A DNA stretch of 36,170 bases from Candidatus Methanomethylicia archaeon (GCA_038845975.1 JAWBQF010000028.1:1-36170), one strand, 5' to 3'; shown: positions 11,945 to 21,087, counted from the stretch's first letter. Program-made: numbers and translations. The notes: generated from the sequence alone by a model not told the origin.

Positions 11945-12052
11945 GCCGGGGTGGCCGAGTGGACTAAGGCGCAGTATTGCGTAAGCCTTGAGTTGATTAT
12001 TCAAGAAAGCCTGTGCCCTTTGGGTGCGTGGGTTCAAATCCCACCCCCGGCG
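11945..12052 (+). tRNA. tRNA-Ser(TGA) with two introns: 11975-11984 (10 nt, site 29/30) and 11993-12007 (15 nt, site 37/38)
   Basis: Acceptor GCCGGGG/CCCCGGC, discriminator G, GGTTCAAATCC T-arm, long variable arm; removing both inserts gives an 83-nt body identical to the tRNA at 33281 except nt 34; BHB-like pairing at both junctions. Confidence 0.93.
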
Positions 12053-12237
12053 CTATAATATTTTGAATAAGTTTAATAAACATGTAATCGCTAAATTAAG
12101 TTGAAACTAAAACTGCAACTTGACAAAGATTAAATAAGAATACTGCATAGTCTTTCATTTAGAATAAGTATATCCCATTCACTATTATGGAGATAGTTAT
12201 AAATAAGCTTAATAAGATTCTATTCCTTTTTTCTATC

Positions 12238-12678
12238 ATGTCAAGTTACGATAAAAAATATAGCTATTTACCTCATACATCTGATATTTATATTGTTGCC
12301 TATGGACTAACCCTTAGCGAAGCCTTTGAGAATGCAGCTGAAGCTATGTTCAACATCATAACTGATATTTCTAAAATTCATCCTACCAATGTATTTAAGA
12401 TTTGTATAAGAGGAACCGATGAATACAACTTACTATATAATTGGCTTGAAGAACTACTATATCTTTTCGATACTATGCACCTTGTTTTTTCAAAATTTAA
12501 AGTTTACAAGATTGAAAAGGAAAATTCAAATTTTATACTAAACGGGGAAGTTTATGGAGAGCCATTTAATCCTACTATTCATAAAAAAGGAAGAGAAATA
12601 AAGTCACCTACATACTCACTAATGGAGATCTCCCGATTGAACTCCATATATACTGTAAAATTTGTCTTAGACATATGA
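12238..12678 (+). CDS. Archease (RtcB cofactor)
   Basis: YLPHTSD, AFENAAEAMF, LLYNWLEELL, EIKSPTY, C-terminal VLDI; ATG 12238 preferred over 12187. Confidence 0.93.
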   Translation: MSSYDKKYSYLPHTSDIYIVAYGLTLSEAFENAAEAMFNIITDISKIHPTNVFKICIRGTDEYNLLYNWLEELLYLFDTMHLVFSKFKVYKIEKENSNFILNGEVYGEPFNPTIHKKGREIKSPTYSLMEISRLNSIYTVKFVLDI

Positions 12679-12936
12679 TGAGTTTGCTATAGTATTTTAA
12701 ATAAAATGATAAGTTACAATTAATAGAGGCCATCGAAATTAAGGTAACAAAACAACTTGAAATACCATAGCTAAACCTTTAATTATGTTATAATAAGTAT
12801 ATATCTGGTCTGTTTAGACACTAATTAGGTGGAACTTAAATGTTCCTGGTGAGTTGATTACTCTACGGACCTTATATATGAGAGCATATGTAGGTGATGG
12901 CTTAAGTTAACTAAGGTGAAGCTAATATTTAAAATG

Positions 12937-13861
12937 GTCTTTACTAAGATGTTTTGCTGGTGTTTTTAATTTTATTATTACCATTGGAATTTGAATAGGT
13001 TTAATATGTTTATGTTTTCTTGATATTCCTCTATATATTAGTGGTCATGGTCCTAATAGACTACGCCTATTTCTCATAGTTATTTAGTATGCACTTCGCT
13101 TCTTACATACTATTTTTTGAGTAGCTTACTGATTGATGGTTAAAGCTAAGTCTCCGATTACATTGTATGAGGGAACTTCATCCGCGTAAACGGGATTCTT
13201 GTTTAACAAGGTGCCCACAAACTATCTTCACAATTACGTTAATTGTTTACACTATGGTATATAATCCTATAGGCCTTTGTCCTTAACAACTAAGAATATG
13301 GGCACTTTATCCTCAGCTCATATATCCTTACATCACTTACCTTCAATTTCACATCTAGACTTCTACTCACAAGCTTAATCTTAATTTTATTACTCCTACT
13401 TTTCAACTTCGCCTTAACCTAGATACCATCAATCTCTATTGAGCTAATCATTATATGCTTTAATCTAACCCTTACGGGAAGTATTTATAATCCTTTCGAT
13501 ATATAGTACCCGCAGTTTCCACCCAACTCCTTAGAAGTGGTAAGTATGGATGTATGTAAAAATCCTAAGAGATGCATTAAATAGAATCAATCCTTAAAGT
13601 ATCTTGAATAAACAAACCTAGTCTTATCGTTAAATATCTTGGAGCAATTCCTACAACGATACCTACAATAATACTCCCTACATCAACTCCACCTAATAAT
13701 ATCGTATGAGTTACAATAATAACATCTAACATCATTAACCACCTAACTAACTTAAGTAACTAAGCAACATAAACCCCACTCAGAAAGAAGATAAAAATTA
13801 CATAAACTAAGATTAAGGAGGAAAGAAAGAGAAAGGTACTAACAAACACCTGAGTAAGAGC
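12937..13861 (-). mobile_element. Decayed IS1595-family element, transposase pseudogene
   Basis: Minus-strand fragments: VRW..NDVRCYYCNS..RYRCRNCSKIFNDKT (Zn ribbon), SIEIDGI*VKA, VYADE..SY, YVRSEVHT, RRSLLGP*..YRGIS; degenerate TIRs GTCTTTACTAAGATGTTT vs rc GCTCTTACTCAGGTGTTT; many stops and frameshifts. Confidence 0.8.
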
Positions 13862-13956
13862 AACAGTCTTGTACTAATACATTTACATAGAATCAGTCTA
13901 CTTCCTACTTCTTTGTGGGCATATAAAATCAGGTTAGAAATAATGAGCATTTTTTT

Positions 13957-15414
13957 TTATCCCTTAACAACACCTAATGGAACTAGCCTACAGACTAGTG
14001 TACCTATACCTACTTTATGACTTACTTCTGCTACCCTATCTATATCCTTATACGCTAATGGTGCCTCCTCAGAAATAACATCTCTACTTGCAGCTTTGAT
14101 TAGGATTCCATGACCTTTAAGCTCATTCTCCACTCTAGAGGGTGAGAACTTTCTGATCGCTTCTTCTCTACTCATTACTCTTCCAGCACCATGAGCTGTT
14201 GAACCAAAAGTAATTCTCATGGCTCTTTCATCACCAAGTAACAAGTACGATGCTGAACCCATGCTACCCGGTAGTATTATCGCTTGGCCTACTGAACGAT
14301 GTCTTGTTGGTATGTCAGGATGTTCTTTCGGAAATGCTCTTGTAGCTCCTTTTCTATGTACAAACACTTTCCTATAACTTCCATCAATCTCATGTGTTTC
14401 AAGTTTTGCTATATTATGAGCAACATCATATACTAAATGCAGTCCGAGTTTATCAGCTGAGGTTTTAAATACTTCTTCAAAGGATTCTCTAACCCAATGT
14501 AAAATGCATTGCCTATTTATCCATGCATAATTTGCGGCTGCAGCCATAGCTGAAAGGTAATCTTCTGCCTCACTAGACTTAGCTGGCGCACATGCTAGCT
14601 CTCTATCTGGTAAATGTATATTGTATTTTTTAACGGCATGCTCCATAACTTTTAAGTAGTCGCTACAAACTTGATGACCAAATCCCCTAGATCCTGTATG
14701 TATCATAACTGTCACCTGTCCTTCATGTGTTATTCCAAACACTTTGGCTGCATGTAAATTATAGATTTTTTCAACATATTGTATTTCTAAGAAGTGATTT
14801 CCAGCCCCTAGTGTTCCGAGTTGCGGCGCCCCTCTTTGTTTAGCTCTATTCGATACTTTACTCGGATCGGCCTCTTTCATACATCCATTTTCTTCGCAGT
14901 ATTCTTTATCTTCAGGCCATCCGTATCCTCTACTAATAGCCCAGTCTACACCTTCTACTAAGGCTTTATCCAGCTCTGTAATTGAAAATCTTAGTTTTCC
15001 CTCGCTACCAACTCCACTTGGTACATTCTTAAATATTACATTTAAAAGCTCTGGAAGAACCCTTTTTACATCATCTCCTTCTAAATCTGTTCGCACTAAA
15101 CGTACACCACAATTAATATCGTATCCAACACCTCCTGGACTTATTACTCCCTCATTAGCATCTATAGCTGCAACACCCCCTATTGGAAAACCGTAACCCT
15201 GATGTCCATCAGGAAGAGTTATACTATACTTATAAATTCCAGGCAAAAACGCTACATTAGCACATTGAACTAAGGTAAGATCTTCAAGCATCTTCTTCAG
15301 TAAAAATTCATCTGCAAAAACAATCCCGGGTACTCTCATTCCTTTTTTAAAAGTCATTGGTACTCTCCAGGTATAGTTATCTATTTTTTCTAGCGGTACA
15401 GTAATGCAAATCAC
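13957..15414 (-). CDS. rtcB: tRNA-splicing ligase RtcB (true start possibly ATT at 15405)
   Basis: LPDGHQGYGFPIGG, GVGYDINCG, LGAGNHF, HTGSRG, HRKGAT, STAHGAGR; no intein. Confidence 0.98.
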   Translation of the reverse strand: MICITVPLEKIDNYTWRVPMTFKKGMRVPGIVFADEFLLKKMLEDLTLVQCANVAFLPGIYKYSITLPDGHQGYGFPIGGVAAIDANEGVISPGGVGYDINCGVRLVRTDLEGDDVKRVLPELLNVIFKNVPSGVGSEGKLRFSITELDKALVEGVDWAISRGYGWPEDKEYCEENGCMKEADPSKVSNRAKQRGAPQLGTLGAGNHFLEIQYVEKIYNLHAAKVFGITHEGQVTVMIHTGSRGFGHQVCSDYLKVMEHAVKKYNIHLPDRELACAPAKSSEAEDYLSAMAAAANYAWINRQCILHWVRESFEEVFKTSADKLGLHLVYDVAHNIAKLETHEIDGSYRKVFVHRKGATRAFPKEHPDIPTRHRSVGQAIILPGSMGSASYLLLGDERAMRITFGSTAHGAGRVMSREEAIRKFSPSRVENELKGHGILIKAASRDVISEEAPLAYKDIDRVAEVSHKVGIGTLVCRLVPLGVVKG

Positions 15415-15760
15415 CTCCTATAAGCCACAACCCGTTAAATTATTACTAAACTATTACTATTAAGCTTTATGCTTAACATATTTAAGGCGATCAACTCTAC
15501 CTTATATTTAATTAGTGACATGATGGATTTTTCACAACTCTCTGTTAAGCTCTATAACATGAGAATATATTTTTATCAGTAATAACGTTAAGTAGCTAAT
15601 AGTTCCCATATTGTAGTTTCTAAGAGGCGCTATGGAAAGCTATAATGGTTGGACGTGGCAACTTAGATATTTTAGCTTTCTTCTTAAAGCTACTAAATCT
15701 CCTAATAATTAATCGAAAAGAATTTAGCTAGGGTTTGTTTCATGAAATTAGGTGATATAT

Positions 15761-15853
15761 GTGGGTGGAAGACAGCGTACAACAATTCTTCAAGATATAG
15801 GTTTAAAAAGTGAAAAGCCTGAAGAAAAAAAATTGAAAGAAAAAAAGAGGTAA
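15761..15853 (+). CDS. Putative 30-aa basic small protein MGGRQRTTILQDIGLKSEKPEEKKLKEKKR
   Basis: AGGTGA SD 5 nt before GTG, as for rpoB; ends 17 nt before the SPOUT gene. Confidence 0.5.
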   Translation: MGGRQRTTILQDIGLKSEKPEEKKLKEKKR

Positions 15854-15870
15854 TTATGATTAATTAAAAA

Positions 15871-16731
15871 ATGGTTAAGCACAGGTATAGACTCACGATA
15901 GCAATTCCACAATCTCTCTTTTCTGAAACTCCACATATAAGAGAGAAAACGATGCGTTTAGGATTTATTTCACGTTGTTTTTCAATATTTAAAGTAGATG
16001 AAATCATAATATATAGGGATAGAAGCGGCTATTTCGATAATGCTTTGTTTTTAAGCAAGATACTTAACTATTTAAATACAGCTCCTTATCTTCGCAAGAT
16101 TATATATCCCCTAACGAAGGACCTGAAATATGTGGGTATTTTGCCTCCACTATGTATTAGCCATCATCTAGTTTCAAATGATAGTGTTCAAGAAAATGAG
16201 ATAAGAGAAGGTGTAATTTTATCATATAAAGGGAATAAGGCTATAATTGAAATAGGTTTAAGGAAGCCTATTATTGTAGAGATGAGTGAAAAGCTTCCTA
16301 TTAGGAAAAAGCTTCTTTTCAAAGTTAAATTTATAAACAACAAGCCAAAATTAGAATTAGTAAGTAAGAATGAGCTAAAAAACTATTATGGTTATTCTGT
16401 TAAGATAACTAACAGCTCCCTCCCTCAAATGCTTAGCAAATTTAAAGGACTTAAAATTGCTACGTCAAGACACGGCATATCAATTACAAAAATGTATACA
16501 AATCTCCTTAATGACTTAAATAGTATAGACTCTATTCTCTTAGCCTTTGGTTCTCACTTTGAAGGGTTATACGAGATATGTCTTAGAGAAGGTGTAAATT
16601 TAGATACTGTAGTTGATTACGTAATAAACTTTGTACCAGATCAAGGAACGCAAACAATTAGAACTGAAGAGGCACTATATATTACCCTTTCAATCCTTAA
16701 TTTAGTTATTAATTTTCTAAGTAACCCATAA
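15871..16731 (+). CDS. SPOUT-class RNA methyltransferase (DUF171/MTH1-like)
   Basis: IAIPQS, IFKVDEIIIY, YVGILPPL, IATSRHG, NFVPDQGTQTIRTEEA; usual position upstream of rpl3. Confidence 0.92.
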   Translation: MVKHRYRLTIAIPQSLFSETPHIREKTMRLGFISRCFSIFKVDEIIIYRDRSGYFDNALFLSKILNYLNTAPYLRKIIYPLTKDLKYVGILPPLCISHHLVSNDSVQENEIREGVILSYKGNKAIIEIGLRKPIIVEMSEKLPIRKKLLFKVKFINNKPKLELVSKNELKNYYGYSVKITNSSLPQMLSKFKGLKIATSRHGISITKMYTNLLNDLNSIDSILLAFGSHFEGLYEICLREGVNLDTVVDYVINFVPDQGTQTIRTEEALYITLSILNLVINFLSNP

Positions 16732-16790
16732 ATATAAATACTTATTTTTAAATAGTAAGTCTAAGCTCCTTTAGGAGGATGAAGTAAAGA

Positions 16791-17810
16791 ATGGGTCATA
16801 GAAAGAGTCATGCTCCTCGCAGGGGGTCAATGGCATATTATCCAAGAGTAAGGGTAAAGAAAGTTATACCTAGAGTTAGATCATGGCCAGAAGTTAGTCT
16901 AAGCTCCCCTAAGCTTTTAGCTTATCCCTGCTATAAAGCAGGGGTAACTCACGCTATAGCTACAGATATCAAGCATACAAGTCCATTAGCTGGTAGAGAC
17001 ATCGTTATTACTTCATCTATTCTAGATGCCCCACCAATATTTGTATGTGGATATAGAGCTTATGTTAAAGATTCTCTTGGCTATCTTAAAACTTTAACGG
17101 AAGTATGGAGTGAAAAAATCCCTAATTATATAGATAGAGTATTAACAATAAGTAATGAATATAAGGAAGATATTATAAAAAATGCTGAAAAAAGAAAGAA
17201 AATTATTGCTGAAAACCTTAATAAAATTGCCGAATTTAGAGTTATAGCTTCAACCCAACCATATCTTATTGGTCTTAAAAAGAAGCCAGAGCTTGTTGAG
17301 ATAAAAATAGGTGGAGGTGCTATAGATGCGCAATACAATTATTGTTTACAAATAGTTGGTAATGAAATTTATCCGAAACAAATAATAAGTGAAGGTCAAT
17401 ATGTCGATGTCATATCAATTACAAAGGGTAAGGGCTATCAAGGAGTTGTGAAACGATTTGGTGTTAAAATTCTTCCACGTAAATCAAGAAAGGGTAGAAG
17501 GGATATTGGTGCTATAGGTCCAGCTGCTCCATCAATGCTATTTTATATTCCTAGGTCTGGGCAAATGGGTTTTCATCAAAGAACAGAATTTAATAAGTTA
17601 GTATTAAAGATCGGTGACAATGGTTATGAAGTTACTCCTAAAGGTGGTTTTCTACATTACGGTATTGTTAAGGGGCATTATATAATATTAAAAGGATCTA
17701 TTCCTGGATCTACAAAAAGACTTGTAATACTTAGGCATCCTATTCGCCCCCCAAAAACAACATCTCAATTAAAGCTTGTTACTGTAAACACAGACTCTAA
17801 GCAAGGATAG
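16791..17810 (+). CDS. rpl3: 50S ribosomal protein L3
   Basis: APRRGSMAYYPR, TKGKGYQGVVKRFG, GQMGFHQRTEFNK. Confidence 0.98.
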   Translation: MGHRKSHAPRRGSMAYYPRVRVKKVIPRVRSWPEVSLSSPKLLAYPCYKAGVTHAIATDIKHTSPLAGRDIVITSSILDAPPIFVCGYRAYVKDSLGYLKTLTEVWSEKIPNYIDRVLTISNEYKEDIIKNAEKRKKIIAENLNKIAEFRVIASTQPYLIGLKKKPELVEIKIGGGAIDAQYNYCLQIVGNEIYPKQIISEGQYVDVISITKGKGYQGVVKRFGVKILPRKSRKGRRDIGAIGPAAPSMLFYIPRSGQMGFHQRTEFNKLVLKIGDNGYEVTPKGGFLHYGIVKGHYIILKGSIPGSTKRLVILRHPIRPPKTTSQLKLVTVNTDSKQG

Positions 17811-17819
17811 GTGTTAGCA

Positions 17820-18620
17820 ATGCCTGAACTGGGTCAAGTTATAAATGTTTATGGGTTGGATGGAAATGTTATAGATAAGATCTCAATTCCATCATCTATA
17901 TCATCTGTAATTATAAGAAAAGATATTATTAGACGTGCTTTTATATCCACTTTTACAGCTAAACTTCAACCAAAAGGAAGAGACCCTATGGCTGGTAAAA
18001 GAACAACAGCAGAAAGTTTTGGAGTAGGTCTTGGGTTAGCACGCGTTCCTCGTGTAAAAGGCGAAAGATATCCTAAAGCATCACAGGCTGCATTTGCACC
18101 ATTTACAGTTGGAGGTAGACGATGCTTTCCACCAAGACCTGAGAAAATTTTAAGAGAAAGGATAAATAGAAAAGAAAAGAAATTAGCACTTATATCAGCA
18201 ATAGCAGCATCGTTTAACCCAATATTTGTTAAGCTTCGTGGCCATGCAATAGAGCAAGTACCACAAATTCCCCTCGTCATAGATGATGAAATATCTTCTA
18301 TCAGAAAAGCCTCTGAACTTAGATCGACTTTCATAAAGTTAGGTTTATGGTTAGATGTTCAAAGAGCAAAGAAATCACGTAAACGCTTATCTGGTGTCGC
18401 TAGGAAAAGAAGAAAGAAGATTTATAGAACTTCTAAATCTGTGTTAATAGTGATAGATTCTGATAATGGTATATCAAAAGCTGCAAGAAACTTTCCCGGT
18501 GTTGATGTATGTAATATCTCAAACTTAAATATTTCCCTTTTTGCTCCCGGCTCTCATCCTGGGAGATTAACAGTATGGTCTAAATCAGCATTCATGAAAT
18601 TATTTAAACTATTTGGGTGA
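17820..18620 (+). CDS. rpl4: 50S ribosomal protein L4
   Basis: AGKRTTAESFGVG, ARNFPGVD, APGSHPGRLTVWS. Confidence 0.98.
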   Translation: MPELGQVINVYGLDGNVIDKISIPSSISSVIIRKDIIRRAFISTFTAKLQPKGRDPMAGKRTTAESFGVGLGLARVPRVKGERYPKASQAAFAPFTVGGRRCFPPRPEKILRERINRKEKKLALISAIAASFNPIFVKLRGHAIEQVPQIPLVIDDEISSIRKASELRSTFIKLGLWLDVQRAKKSRKRLSGVARKRRKKIYRTSKSVLIVIDSDNGISKAARNFPGVDVCNISNLNISLFAPGSHPGRLTVWSKSAFMKLFKLFG

Positions 18621-18626
18621 ATACTT

Positions 18627-18896
18627 ACGAGTATTGAAAGCTATTATAAAGTTATTATTGCCATGATATCTACTGAGAAATCTCTAAGTCTAAGAGAATC
18701 TCAAAATAAATTAGTATTTATAGTAGACAGGAAAGCTGATAAAAAAGGGATTAAAGAAACAGTAGAGAAACTCTTTAATGTAGAGGTAGAAAACGTTAGA
18801 ACATACATTACAAATAAAGGTGAGAAAAGAGCTATAGTTAAACTTAAATCAAAGTTTAAAGCATCAGAAATAGCTACAAAACTAGGCCTAATATAG
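18627..18896 (+). CDS. rpl23: 50S ribosomal protein L23 (start uncertain: ACG 18627 vs ATG 18663)
   Basis: YKVII..STEKS, NKLVFIVD, GEKRAIVKL, ATKLGLI. Confidence 0.92.
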   Translation, partial: TSIESYYKVIIAMISTEKSLSLRESQNKLVFIVDRKADKKGIKETVEKLFNVEVENVRTYITNKGEKRAIVKLKSKFKASEIATKLGLI

Positions 18897-18904
18897 GTGA
18901 TTTA

Positions 18905-19621
18905 ATGGGTAAAAGAATTCTTGCTCAAAGGAGAGGGCGCGGTGGTTCAGTATTCATTTGTCCATCATGGAAAAGAGTAGGAAATGTCAAATATAGAGAA
19001 CTTGATGAAAAAGAGAAAAATGGAAAATTAATTGGTAGAGTAGTGGCTATACTACATGATCCTGGTAGAGGCGCACCAGTAGCTAAAATAATTCTTGAAG
19101 ATGGTAGTTCACAATTAGTAGTCGCGCCAGAAGGTATATGTGTAGGACAAGAAGTTGCTATTGGCTCTGAAGCTCCATTAGCAGTAGGCAACATTTTACC
19201 ATTAGCTAAAATACCTGATGGTAGCTTAATATGTAATGTTGAACGTATACCTAATGATGGGGGCAAATTTGCAAGGGTATCTGGGAGTTATGCTGTAGTT
19301 CTTGCTCACGATCCTAATAAAGTAACAATAAAACTTCCATCTGGTAAGATGGTAGCTTTAAATCCAAACTGCAGAGCAACTATAGGTATTGTAGCTGGTG
19401 GTGGTAGAACTGAAAAGCCAATGTTAAAAGCTGGGGCTACTTATCATTTATCAAAGGTTAAAGCATGGAAACCTGTAACCGTAAGGGGTAAAGCTATGAA
19501 TGCTGTAAGTCATCCTCATGGCGGTGGTCAACATCCAACCGGTGGTACTCCTGTTCCTAGAACAGCTCCCCCAGGACAAAAAGTAGGCCATATAGCACCT
19601 AAAAAAACTGGAAAACACTAA
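18905..19621 (+). CDS. rpl2: 50S ribosomal protein L2
   Basis: MGKRILAQRRGRG, HDPGRGAP, AMNAVSHPHGGG. Confidence 0.98.
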   Translation: MGKRILAQRRGRGGSVFICPSWKRVGNVKYRELDEKEKNGKLIGRVVAILHDPGRGAPVAKIILEDGSSQLVVAPEGICVGQEVAIGSEAPLAVGNILPLAKIPDGSLICNVERIPNDGGKFARVSGSYAVVLAHDPNKVTIKLPSGKMVALNPNCRATIGIVAGGGRTEKPMLKAGATYHLSKVKAWKPVTVRGKAMNAVSHPHGGGQHPTGGTPVPRTAPPGQKVGHIAPKKTGKH

Positions 19622-19627
19622 ATTTTA

Positions 19628-19756
19628 GCTTTGTGGCTTAATATTCATTTCTCGTAATCTATATCATTAAATACTATGGTTATAGGAATGTTTATTAAGC
19701 TTTTTCGTACTTTATGTAAACTTGAATTTTCGAATTTCAGAATTAAGCCACAAAGC
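19628..19756. mobile_element. About 130-bp MITE inserted at the rpl2 stop
   Basis: Perfect 15-bp TIR GCTTTGTGGCTTAAT / ATTAAGCCACAAAGC; flanking direct repeat TAAATTTT at 19619-19626 and 19758-19765. Confidence 0.85.
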
Positions 19757-19802
19757 ATAAATTTTTATATTACTGTTCAAATTTAATATTCAAGGTGATT
19801 AA

Positions 19803-20204
19803 ATGCCTGAGTTTACATACAGAGGTCTTACTATTGGACAATTACAGAAACTAAGCATGGATGAATTCATAAGTTTGCTACCAGCCAGACAAAGAAGAAG
19901 TTTAAAGAGAGGATTAAGTATAGAAAAAAGAGTTCTTTTAGAAAAAATAAGAAGCGCTAAAAAGAAACAGGAAGAAGGAAGGAAAGTAGTTGTGAAAACT
20001 CATATAAGAGACCTAATAATCCTGCCTGAAATGGTAGGTGCATTATTAGCTGTATATAATGGTAAAGACTTTATTGAAATTACAATAACACCTGAAATGA
20101 TTGGACGTTACATCGGTGAATTTGTTGCAACAACAAAAATAGTAAAGCACGGTTCTCCAGGTCTTCGTGCAACCAGATCTTCAATGTATGTTCCATTAAA
20201 ATAG
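19803..20204 (+). CDS. rps19: 30S ribosomal protein S19
   Basis: [32 protein letters not shown]. Confidence 0.98.
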   Translation: MPEFTYRGLTIGQLQKLSMDEFISLLPARQRRSLKRGLSIEKRVLLEKIRSAKKKQEEGRKVVVKTHIRDLIILPEMVGALLAVYNGKDFIEITITPEMIGRYIGEFVATTKIVKHGSPGLRATRSSMYVPLK

Positions 20205-20520
20205 GAAATCTCTCTTCATGTACATGTTATGATATAATTAAGTTAAGACCACTACTTTTGTTATCTTGTTATAAAAGAAAAGCTTTATTACTTATTTAAT
20301 AATTACTGATCACCTATGTATTATAAGTGTTGCCTGTTACTTTTAGCTTGAGTCTTTGTAGTATTTATTGAGTATAATGTCTCCTTAATGCCCTTCATAA
20401 TATTTACTACATTAATATTGCTTTATGTGATTTTGTCAAGTTATAGTCTTGATTTTTAACATATTCTAACAATTATATACCTGCCAAAGCTTATAATGCT
20501 ATAATAGCTTTGCTCTCTCA

Positions 20521-20768
20521 TTATGAGTTTTGAGGTTAAAATTTAATGAAAGCGTAATATTTTAGTTATGTTTTTACTTTGGATATCTGTTTGTTTTGTG
20601 GATTTCTATGATATTTATTGTAGAATGATTTAGGGTCTAGAATAAGATTTTATGTTAAGATTATTAGACTGATGACGCATCTTATCGTAGGATTACTGAA
20701 ATTCTAGCTAAATTCATATAGTAGATCTGCTGATTAAAGAATCAATAAATAATAAATAAAACTCATAA
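20521..20768. mobile_element. Possible deleted IS/MITE of about 248 bp
   Basis: 11-bp IR TTATGAGTTTT / AAAACTCATAA; internal fragment ASYRRITEILAKF resembles a transposase HTH. Confidence 0.35.
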
Positions 20769-20796
20769 ATTACTATACTTATACTGGTGATTAATA

Positions 20797-21087
20797 GTGT
20801 ATTTCATTTTACCAAAACTTGAAGTATTAGAGCAAACAGGAGCATTAAGAATTTTGTTATATTTATTTAAAAATGGAGAGTCGACATTAAGTGAGTTATT
20901 AAATAACATTTCAATTTCTCCAACGGCAATATATAAAACATTATCTAAGTTACTAGAAGAAAAATTGATTGAGGACAAAGTAATGTACGATCTTCCAAGA
21001 AAAAGAGTTATTCTCCTTACCAAAAAAGGAGAAGAAGTAGCTAAGTATATAGATCTAATACGAAAGGTTTTAGAAAGTACTCTCTAG
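20797..21087 (+). CDS. Winged helix-turn-helix DNA-binding protein (HxlR/MarR-like)
   Basis: LRILLYL..GESTLSEL..ISPTAIYKTLSKLLEEKLIE..LTKKGEEVA; GGTGA SD. Confidence 0.8.
   Translation: MYFILPKLEVLEQTGALRILLYLFKNGESTLSELLNNISISPTAIYKTLSKLLEEKLIEDKVMYDLPRKRVILLTKKGEEVAKYIDLIRKVLESTL

Noticed and set aside
964-15414. Inteins in RpoB, RpoA or RtcB
   Set aside because: Lengths are normal and no intein-like insertions are seen
15651-15667. GGACGTGGCAACTTAG matching the lineage B terminus
   Set aside because: Probably an orphan IS end, but no partner end or flanking homology found, so not called as an element
17808-17822. rpl3 TAG in frame with rpl4 (possible readthrough fusion)
   Set aside because: TAGGTG serves as SD for the rpl4 ATG; ordinary operon coupling
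20670-20733. TGATGA..CTGA..CTGA box C/D-like pattern
   Set aside because: No C' box, atypical guide lengths, lies in a probable IS remnant
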